From Octopus bimaculoides (taxonomy: Eukaryota), in NCBI RefSeq assembly GCF_001194135.2, contig NC_068990.1, positions 38,128,022 to 38,192,021 of the forward strand: DNA of 64,000 nt, given 5' to 3'. Numbering within the stretch: the first letter of the stretch is position 1; each line of letters starts with the position of its first letter. The position numbers and the translations under genes are program-made. Shown one piece after another: positions 53,232 to 64,000 of this stretch. The notes beneath the pieces were generated by a model that was given only the letters and a program-made list of their open reading frames with translations, searched no databases and was not told the origin of the DNA.

Positions 53232-53646
53232 ATCTTTTACTCTTTCACATGTTTGAGTTATTTTGACTGCGGCCATGCTGGATCACCGCTTTTTAGTCGA
53301 GCAAATCGAGCCCAGGACTTATTCTTTGTAAGCGTAGTACTTATTCTATCGGTCTCTTTTGCCGAACCGCTACGTTACGTGGACGTAAACACACCAGCAT
53401 CGGTTGACAAGCGATGTTGGGGGGACAAACACAGACACACAAGCATATCCACACACATACATATATATATATACATATATATACGACAGGCTTCTTTCAG
53501 TTTCCGTCTACCATATCCACTCACAAGGCTTTGGTCGGCCCGAGGCTATAGTAGAAGACACTTGCCCAAGGTGCCACGCAGTGGGAATGATCCCGAAACC
53601 ATGTGGTTGGTAAGCAAGCTACTTACCACACTGCCACTCCTGCGCC
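53232..53646 (-). mobile_element. Full-length octopod tRNA-derived SINE (type A; OK/OR-family-like)
   Basis: Minus strand ggcgcaggagtggcagtgtggtaagtagcttgc head, ggtttcgggatcattccc B-box region, cttgggcaagtgtcttc core, internal TA/CA microsatellite, and tail ccagcatggccgcagtcaa...gagtaaaag. Confidence 0.95.
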
Positions 53647-54167
53647 ATTTGGTAATTTGACAATAGTTTTTGGTTCTAATTTTAAAATGGTCGAGTTTAA
53701 AATTAATATATTTCTGTTATATCATGGCTTTAATCATATATAACCCATCAAATAACATTTGGAATATCTATAGAGCGTGGATCCAGACAGCTTGCTAACC
53801 TGTCTTATGAGTTTGCGTAACAGATGTTCGTTATTAGCAAGTTTCAGTTTGTTAAAAAAAAAAAGAAAATAGTAATAAATAACGGGAAAAAAAAGCTTCA
53901 CATCAATAGCAATACCAAATAATAAACATAACGGGGAAAATGTCTATGATTTCTTTACTGATAGTATATTAAAGTACAATTTATAAATACTTTTCTATAG
54001 AGTTCAATATTAAATGAATATATGCTTTCTTTACCCTCACTTTTGCTTGTTTTTTGTTTCAGAGTGTTGATAGTGTTAATGTCGCTAGAGGCGTCCAGAG
54101 ATAATTCTATATTTAATATAAATTATAAGTTTGTATAATAAAAGTCATGAAGATAACATTTTACTAA

Positions 54168-54190
54168 ATAATAATAATAATAATAATAAT

Positions 54191-54288
<98 letters not shown>
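54168..54288. repeat. (AAT)n(AAC)n(AAT)n array
   Basis: Read directly; gives the poly-N/L/Y pseudo-ORFs. Confidence 0.97.
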
Positions 54289-54289
<1 letters not shown>

Positions 54290-54977
54290 CTAGACAAATT
54301 CCGCTCGAAAGGGAAAAAACGTGATGCAATACATAAGCTAGTCTCTTCCGATTTCTCTGCATATATGGTTAGATACATACATACGTACATACATACATAC
54401 ATACATACATACATACATACATACACACAAACACATACATAAACAGGCGTGCACAAACCTATAGTCAAATAATTCTGTATAGATTTCTATACAACATAAA
54501 TATGGATGTACGTAGGTGTAGGTATGTGTGTGTGTGTGTGTGTGTGTTTGTGTGTGTGTGTGAGTACGTACGTGTGCATCTGCGTGCATATGTATATACT
54601 GAACATTTACGAAGAGTATGTGGTATAAATATGTGCGTATATATATTTGTGCGCGTGTTCCTGTTGTGTGTGTATGTATGTATGTATGTATGTATGTACG
54701 TATGTATATAAGCATCTATGTATGTATAGATATGCCTATATGGATTGATGATTTTCCGACGGTTTTGATGATGAGGTTTCAGTTGTTTCACCAACCAAAT
54801 TTGCTGTTAAGGTTATACCGAGTTTCCATTAAAGATGTGTGCTCAAAATGTAATACTGAACGAGGCATAATCTGGGACAAAATTGTACGACTGTAACTGT
54901 AAGAATAACCCAGCTGACACAGCGGAATGTACAGGTAATTTGAAAGGTAGACTACAGCTCAATATGGAAGAATACGT

Positions 54978-55070
54978 AAGAACTTCGCTTCACAAACACA
55001 AAATCCCGTGTTCGATTTTACTGGGCAGTATCTTGCGTCCATAGTTTCAGGTTGGTTTATTCCTTGTGAG
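54978..55070 (+). mobile_element. Degraded type-A SINE head
   Basis: aacttcgcttcacaaacaca..cgtgttcgattttactgggcagtatcttg...ttccttgtgagt. Confidence 0.4.
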
Positions 55071-55093
55071 TTAAACACGATAGGTAGAAAGAA

Positions 55094-55270
<177 letters not shown>

Positions 55271-56330
55271 ATACGCACAGACACACACACACATATATAT
55301 ACAACGTATATTATACATCTATATGTGTATTTATATACATATAGACATATACATACATATATTGATATATAAACATGAATAAGCATGTAAATATACACAA
55401 TGCATTTTATTAGTGCAAGTCAGGACTCTCAAAATGAGATGTAATGTGTAAGTTATAAAACTAGTAAGTTCTCTATGGTACGTATTAGCTGAGACGTAAA
55501 TAGGTAAATTTGTATGCACTTGTGAGAAATACATTAATTTAATTCATCTATTGAGTGTTTGTGCAAAACTTCTTATTTGGCGTTACAGAGAAAATATTGA
55601 CATACATTGATGGGTATTTCGTTGGCTACAAAAATGGACCTTCAGTGCTCCGATTAAATTGACACATGCACACTTGTGCATGTGTGTGTGTGTATGCGTG
55701 TGTGTATGTGCCTTCATGTGTGTGGGGGTCGTGCGCGCGGATGTGTGAATGTACCTCTTCAATCGAACTCTCATTCAGACACCAATAACTGAAGAATAGC
55801 CACACACTTGAAACTCGGAGTACCAAGGAATCTGAAACATACTGTTTGATCTATACATGCAACTATTAGAAACGTGTTGAGAGCCATTCTTTTGTTTGTC
55901 TACTCCCTCGTATATATATATATATATATATATGAAAACGTTCCGATGCGAGAATAAAACATATAAGCATGAATAGTCGTAAAAACATAGCTGAAAGATG
56001 ACAGTACAACCTCGATGCCATCATCACCACTAAACCAGCGCCATGAGCATTATTAAACCTACTGCAGCTATGAGCCCTTGCAACAAGAACAACAACTATC
56101 ACGAAGAAATATAACAGAAGGGAATAATAGTAATGTTTAACAGTATCTTAATAGCAGAAAAAGGATAAATAAATAAAAAGGAAATATAATAAATGAACAT
56201 ATTCCCATAAATGCTAAAGAAAGGCAGCAGAATAAGAAAAGAACAAACACAAAAAATGGAACGGAAAATATACATAGAAAACTTAAAAAACCACAGATCA
56301 TACAAGTACATGCATACATTGATACATACA

Positions 56331-56422
<92 letters not shown>

Positions 56423-57099
56423 NNNNNNNNNNNNNNNNNNNNNNNNNNNNNNNNNNNNNNNNNNNNNNNNNNNNNNNNNNNNNNNNNNNNNNNNNNNNNN
56501 NNNNNNNNNNNNNNNNNNNNNNNNNNNNNNNNNNNNNNNNNNNNNNNNNNNNNNNNNNNNNNNNNNNNNNNNNNNNNNNNNNNNNNNNNNNNNNNNNNNN
56601 NNNNNNNNNNNNNNNNNNNNNNNNNNNNNNNNNNNNNNNNNNNNNNNNNNNNNNNNNNNNNNNNNNNNNNNNNNNNNNNNNNNNNNNNNNNNNNNNNNNN
56701 NNNNNNNNNNNNNNNNNNNNNNNNNNNNNNNNNNNNNNNNNNNNNNNNNNNNNNNNNNNNNNNNNNNNNNNNNNNNNNNNNNNNNNNNNNNNNNNNNNNN
56801 NNNNNNNNNNNNNNNNNNNNNNNNNNNNNNNNNNNNNNNNNNNNNNNNNNNNNNNNNNNNNNNNNNNNNNNNNNNNNNNNNNNNNNNNNNNNNNNNNNNN
56901 NNNNNNNNNNNNNNNNNNNNNNNNNNNNNNNNNNNNNNNNNNNNNNNNNNNNNNNNNNNNNNNNNNNNNNNNNNNNNNNNNNNNTATATATATATTTATA
57001 CATACGTACAAATACACACACCCACACAAACACACACAAACACACACACACACGCATTTATAAATATATTTGTATATATATGTGGGGGGAGTGTGAGTA

Positions 57100-58900
57100 T
57101 ACATATTTAGCATATCAGTGTCGTATTAAATTCCTTCTCTTAATATTTTTTTTTGTGCTGTCCATCTGTTGTAAAGTCAGACTACAGAATAAATTTTTTT
57201 ACGCTCCGTATCTACTGAAACTTCTCAAAGTACTTCGTTGCGAATGCGGTTTGTCAGCTTTTTTGTTTATCATGATACTACTTGTGTTCACTTCCCGTAC
57301 AGGAGTGACTGTTCCTGAGAACTACAATGACATGACATGGTCTGATATATATAATCCTCATTACAAACACCTGATGAACTACCTTTTCAGAAGTTGCATT
57401 CCTTTGCAGTCTTTTAGAGAGGCAGTTACAGTTGTTAAACCGATAAGTCCCGTTCTGTAATTGACAAAAGTATTTTTTCTTGTTTTACAATAAAACAACA
57501 TTCTACGAAGTAAAACTTTGACTAATGAGTATCCAGGCCATCCAATCTCTCAGACTCCCATTTCCAGTTTTGGATATTCTCATATTGCCATTGTGGAAAT
57601 ATTTGCAACAAACAAGGTTTACGTACATAATATCATTCGGCATTGGAGCAACAACAATATGTCAAACAGATGCTTGCTCATTTAGTTCACTTCTGTCTTG
57701 CAGTTTACCACATTATTTGCTTCGTTAACCTCAGAATGAAAATTAATTAATTCTTTAGATATGCTGGCAGCTTTTCTTGTTGGGATTTCACTTTTGTGTG
57801 GGTAATCATAGTTTTTCTCGTAAGTCCCGCAACCCCTCATATATCGTATATTATCAAATATTTGTATCCCATTTAATGTCTGATCTCCAACTGACATTTG
57901 AACTATCATATTTCATCATTTGGTAATATATTTCTAACGATACTTCACCGTTTACGCCATTGCCACAATACTTCTTTCATCATACTTAATACTTAGTGTA
58001 GATTGTGTGTTTGCAGATTGGAAAAATATATTGAATAGCAGTATATTTTTCAGAACTGTAGCTGCAAAGTGGATCGCAAATTTCAGGCATAACAGTTGGA
58101 TGCGAAAATTGTTTCCAGATACTTTTTCATTTGCGATATTTTCCTATTGATAAATTCAGTAAACCCAGGGACCATGATTTGTTTAAATACATACAACACT
58201 AAATGCTTCCTTCCTTGCTATGGAATTTCATCTCAAAGAAACCAGTCGATCTCAGCTGATTATCAGGGTTTTAACTTATGCAAGGATTACAAGGTTATGA
58301 GTATGTTGTTCTCGTTTTTTGTGGTCCTTTTTGGCACATATGCACATGTTTCGTAGTTAAGAAAAGCATGAAGAAGCTGTTCAGCTTTTGATGAAACCAT
58401 CTTATTGTAAAATTTGGTCGATCATTTGATTTTCCCTTGGGAAAAGAAAACACTATTTTTTTCCAATTTGAATTTGTTATAGAAGTAACAAAAGCCGGTC
58501 GGCAATCGATAGTATCATGAACTGCATTGAATAATATTTTGTGACTAATTCCGGCTATCATTTCAATAACCTCATCCATAGCACCCACGAGTTTTCATTT
58601 GTTGATGCATATATTCCTTTAATCTTTTCTATCACAATGAAATGTATTGTTTGTAGTGTCTTCTCGAGTTCAGAATTTTATTGAAATCTAGTCCAAATTG
58701 CAATAAGTACCATAAGAAAGAAAATTCTTTTGAATCTGAAATTCAAAAGTTTGCTAAAGTTGGTGTGTCTTCCTTGTATGCAAGTACAATTCCTGCTTAA
58801 GTCCACCGTGTTTCTTGTAACTTCTCCGTCTCCGATCAGCTCTATAACAAATTCAAAGTTGCTGATGTTATGGATGGCTACGATGTAAATATTCTTTCAG
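57100..58900 (-). pseudogene. Unidentified decayed coding-like block (transposon, endogenous virus or pseudogene)
   Basis: About 1.8 kb without microsatellites; successive 30-100 aa complex-composition frames on the minus strand broken by stops and frameshifts. No motif recognised. Confidence 0.3.
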
Positions 58901-60022
58901 CTGAACAAACTTGATACAGCTCAGTGGTAGCTTATTTCTTAATCTGTTCACTGTCTCAAACTCACTATTATAAAATAAATCCTGAGATTAAATAAAAGAT
59001 TAAATAAAACTTATTTTAACAGATATTTTTAGAATATAAAATGATTTTAAAAGAACATAAATACTTTAAATTTATTTAAATATGAATACGTATCTATCTA
59101 ATTTTCAATATATAAAAACCGAAGTTTTGACAATGAGTGGTAGAAGTTGCCTATGAAACTTTCACTTAGCTCACGGTATTTCTTTGTAAAACGCTGCCTA
59201 TTACGGATAAATTTAGAATTCTCTGATTTCGCATGAAAAAAAAAAACGATCTAAATATAAATCTGTTACCATTACTCTCTAAGATTCTCAAGCAATTAAA
59301 ACTCATTTTGATCTCTTTCTTCTGACTCTTTTTATAAAGTGGCATACAAACATAACGTAGTTGTGCAGTTATACTGGATTATTCAGATTTACTTCATCAA
59401 AACACTGCCATGTCAACATAGTCCTCCAGTTAACCCAATCAAATTTTCTTTTTGCTTTAACAGCGACTCTTTCGTATACCTTTCAATCATTAATTTCTTC
59501 ATTTTGCTTTCTTTCATTCATGCTTACATTGTGGTGTTTCATTGTTTTATTTCTACATATTTATTCATCTTTTTAAATTTTTGCTATTAAGGATTTTCAT
59601 TTTTTTCTATTTTTGTCTAATTTTTTTACAACATTAATTTCAACGAATTAGGAAATTTTAGGAAACTTCTTTTTCTTTTCCTAGTCTTCATAAATATGTG
59701 CATGAGAATAAAATTAAGCGGAAGTATTAAATGAGGCTACTTAAGTCATCAAAATTTCTTGCACGTATGTATGCACACGTGTATGTGTATCTAAGTGTCT
59801 CTTTGAATACATACCTATGTATACAAGAATGTCTGTGACTGTACATACGCATCAGTTTCTCAAGATATACATTAAAAGATGTATGTATGAAGATGACTAT
59901 AAATATATAAATATATACATACACACAGAGATATATATACATACATACACACAGATATATATACATACATATATATAATACAAATAAAAAATGAGTATAT
60001 GCATATATACGTACATGTATGT

Positions 60023-60069
<47 letters not shown>

Positions 60070-60079
60070 NNNNNNNNNN

Positions 60080-60120
<41 letters not shown>

Positions 60121-60463
60121 GGTGTATATGTAATATATATGTATATACATATAGTTTTCATGCAGTATATATATGTGTGTGTGTGTTTACACACACACTC
60201 ACACATATATGAAACACACCGAGATGAGTTGAGATGGATGGTATGTTTACATATATTTCGAGCAACATGTCTCTCAGTCGATGTTTATATGCGTGTATCT
60301 GCCAGAGTACCTGTGCATAAGTACGTGCGGTTGTATTAGAACACAAAAACAGATGTATAGGATGATGCATATGTTATTAGGCATTATGAATAGCAATTTG
60401 AAACACATATGTGCACACGTATATGTTTATCTATGTATCTATGCATGTATGTATGTATGTATG

Positions 60464-60501
<38 letters not shown>

Positions 60502-60534
60502 GGGAAACAGTCTGGCTATGTGGTTGATGTGTAG

Positions 60535-60572
<38 letters not shown>

Positions 60573-60589
60573 GCCAAGAAAGAAAGAAC

Positions 60590-60885
60590 AAATTTCAAAG
60601 TGCAGTGTTCATATTCACTCAGTATATTTCAAAGCATCGGAATACTTCACAGCATACATAGATATAATATAATTATATATATAAATATATAAATACATTA
60701 TTACATAACTGCATTTGTGAAGTTGTATGTCCGTATTAAAATCAATGCGGATATTAGAATATGCGGATGGTGAATGTATAGCGATAATCCGAATAGATTA
60801 GAATGTTGGTACAAACGGATTTTAAGAAGAATCTTCGGCAGGTGCAAAGTTTGACGGCCGTTTCGAGAAAATATAGTTTGGTAAA
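60590..60885 (-). mobile_element. Interspersed repeat, copy 2 (probable Penelope-like terminus)
   Basis: Collinear with 16690-16980; the minus strand has GAAAC-GGCC-GUC, the 3' half of a hammerhead with a palindromic stem III. Confidence 0.75.
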
Positions 60886-61529
60886 GGCCATACCAACCTA
60901 TATTTTCTCGAAATATATATATATATATATTCCTGATGCTCTATTAGAACGCTAATTAACTGTGCTCCATGTCGGTATTGAATTTACGAGTCATCCTACC
61001 TTAGGACACCGTGCTACATATACACTATCAAAGTCAAGTTCACACCACGTAAGAACATTCCAACACAACTTTCTTTTTTGCCTTAAATGATCCTCCTTTA
61101 TTCAAAGTTATCCAGAAAAAAACAATTAAAGCAAAAAAGGAGACCACACAACATTCAGATGGTACCTGGACAAATTCGTCCTAGAAGTACCATACAAACC
61201 ACCAATATTCGAATATATCTCAAACATCAACAACTCTTTGTTCGTGCGGTCCATTGTGTCCAAAACCATGATATGAAACCATGCCTCCAGATGGTGCTCT
61301 TATGTTAGTCATGGCCTTGGCAGATAATAGCCGAAACCAATCTAAGTTATATATATATAACCATTTTATGAAAGTGTTAGAGTGAAAACATAACAGCAAT
61401 GACGTTTCATCCATTAAACTGAGATACTTTCAAACCTAGGTATAATCCGAAATTCAGGAAAATTGGTAAGTCTCAGGAAATTTTGTTACAATAAAGTGTA
61501 GAAAACAAGCTGTCATTTATAACACATCT

Positions 61530-61619
61530 TCATCATCACCATCACCATCGATATCATCTTTGTATTCTTCCTCCCCTTCCTCCTCCTCCTCCTCCTCCTC
61601 CTCCTCCTCCTCCTACTCT

Positions 61620-61664
<45 letters not shown>

Positions 61665-61760
61665 CCACCACTACTAACTTCTGCATCATCAACATTATTG
61701 TCAGGTCATGAGCATCACCATGACCGTTATAGTTACTCGATTAGTCGGCGTCGCCATCTT

Positions 61761-61819
<59 letters not shown>

Positions 61820-61887
61820 CAGCAACAACAACAACAATAATGATAATAATAATAATGGTTATTATTATTATTATTATTATTATTTAA

Positions 61888-61919
<32 letters not shown>

Positions 61920-61949
61920 GCAGCAGCAGCAGCAGCAGTAGCAGTTGTA

Positions 61950-61985
<36 letters not shown>

Positions 61986-62050
61986 GTAGTAGTAGCAGTA
62001 GCAGTAGCAGCAGCAGCAGCAGTAGCAGCAACAGTAGCAGTACCATTATT
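61530..62050. repeat. Compound trinucleotide array (CAT, TCC, AAT, AAC, TTA, GCA, GTA)
   Basis: Read directly; explains the homopolymeric pseudo-ORFs at 61513-62163. Confidence 0.97.
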
Positions 62051-63257
62051 GCTACTACCATTCTCTTGAATGGAACCAAGCAGGATGTGAACTCAAACTG
62101 TAAGTACAGAGATGGAACTTTCTTAACCGATGACATATTCAGGCCATATGACATAGTACACACCCTGTCCCTCCACCATTCGAAAGAAGTATACTAACAA
62201 GAGTAGCAGCAACAACAACAACAACAAAAGCAACGATAATCACAATAATAATAATAGCAACAGCAACTGAATGAAGACAACATGATAATAAAAAACGACA
62301 ATAGAAACAGAAAAAAACAATAAAGAACTGCAAAACAACGAAAGCAAAAACAATAATAGCAATAACAACAACACTAATAACTGAAATATTAGAAAACTAA
62401 ATAACAGGAGCAAATAAAATATAGTAAAAGAAACAGTAAGAAACATAATAAAGAAGATGAGCTACCAATAACAACAATAAAGTCAACAAAAAGCACAGCA
62501 CAAACAAAACTAATAACTACAATGCATCCACTGCTGACATCATCATCATCAACGTCGTCGTCGTCGTCATCGTTATCATCATCACTAACATCGTCGCCAT
62601 CACCAGCAACAGCAAAATAAAACAAAAAAAAAAGTCACCATGAATAACAGCAGTAACACTAACAACACCAACAAGAACAAACATTAATATGTTGTATGTT
62701 TATTAAGTTGCCGTGTCATGTAGCAAACACTCTTAACTTCAAAGTAAGACCTAGACCTTCTACTATAATCAACTTTAGCCAAAGTACCTGATACACTTCG
62801 TAATCACATCGTTTTGGACATTGTGATAGCGATGGTAGATGTAGCATTGGTGGTGCGGAGAGAGCTGGTGGGAGCTAAAGATTACATTCAGGATAATATG
62901 GAGGCTGAATGCTGGATGAATGGTGGATCAGTGAGGAGGATGGAAGATGAGAATTTCGTCCTTTATTTTTGTGCATTTTTTTTTTCCTTATTAATAAATT
63001 TTGTTTGTATTCTCCTACATTGTATTTTGCACAGCGAAAAATATCCACCTGCTTACACCTAAACCTACCTCAGTTTCCTAAAAAGAAAATAGCAAAAGTA
63101 ATATGAAGCAATATGAATACAGATCAAACTGGATAGATAGAAAGGAATTATCCCCAATAATAACTGCTCTGATACATACATACATATATATATATATACA
63201 TTTGCACGCATTTATATATGTGTCTTTTACAGGTATATCTAAGCGTATGTATATATG

Positions 63258-63293
<36 letters not shown>

Positions 63294-63505
63294 NNNNNNN
63301 NNNNNNNNNNNNNNNNNNNNNNNNNNNNNNNNNNNNNNNNNNNNNNNNNNNNNNNNNNNNNNNNNNNNNNNNNNNNNNNNNNNNNNNNNNNNNNNNNNNN
63401 NNNNNNNNNNNNNNNNNNNNNNNNNNNNNNNNNNNNNNNNNNNNNNNNNNNNNNNNNNNNNNNNNNNNNNNNNNNNNNNNNNNNNNNNNNNNNNNNNNNN
63501 NNNNN

Positions 63506-63536
<31 letters not shown>

Positions 63537-64000
63537 CAGGTGTGTATTACATATATACACAACAAGAAAGGGAAGATAACAATAGCATTGATGTAAATAA
63601 TAATAACAATGTTGATCGGTTTGATAATCATAATCATCATGATGTTCACCGCTATTACCATCATCATAAGCATTAGCATCGTTGTAAATACAATATTGTT
63701 ATTAATATGTAGAAATACGTTGAGAATATTCCCTTCATCCAAATCACCATCATACTCATATTCGCCGCTGTAGTCAATGTTATAAGTCAACGCTGTCCAT
63801 CATCGTTATCCTCTTATTTTTTATCATTGCCCATCACCCCCAGTTATTAACACATGTTGTAGGTATTATCTCTGATGATGATGTTGACAAAGCGACCACC
63901 TCTGCTGCTGCTGCTACTGATGGTGATGAAGTAGAAAATATGAAATATATATACATACACACGCATACACAAGCACATATACATACATATATATATATAT

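Noticed and set aside
53560-53646. tRNA gene
   Set aside because: It is the tRNA-derived head of a SINE and continues into the SINE core; the same applies to 38267 and 45030-45230.
61305-61345. Hammerhead-like GGC..GCC-GAAAC-caa-UC motif
   Set aside because: The CUGANGA box matches at only 4 of 7 positions and stem III is broken; too decayed to call.
61513-62625. Poly-N/Y/L/A/V/D ORFs
   Set aside because: Compound trinucleotide microsatellites.

Overview
Eukaryotic, AT-rich, microsatellite-dense genomic DNA from a short-read assembly. It has 13 N gaps, nearly all abutting simple repeats. The SINE families and repeat landscape match an octopod cephalopod (Octopus-like); this is inference from recognised repeats. 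The window reads as intronic or intergenic sequence full of transposon debris: octopod tRNA-derived SINEs; remnants of mariner, Tc1, Helitron, Penelope-like, CR1-like, RTE and RLE-type elements; and several MITEs with intact termini. I found no complete gene, rRNA, tRNA gene or CRISPR array, and almost every ORF in the supplied track is a microsatellite or N-gap artefact. A few short GT-AG-bounded open segments may be host exons, but I cannot name a gene. The most interesting observations are: (1) a duplicated exon-like cassette whose 71-nt core is identical between copies while both flanks diverge; (2) a minimal hammerhead-ribozyme motif in a Penelope-like terminus; (3) a CR1-like LINE 3' end that shares its tail with the local SINE; (4) a fold-back mariner built from two 5' ends; (5) a Merlin-like MITE carrying TTAGGG repeats; (6) an unidentified ~1.8 kb decayed coding-like block. 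I see no strong evidence for a wholly new biological system.
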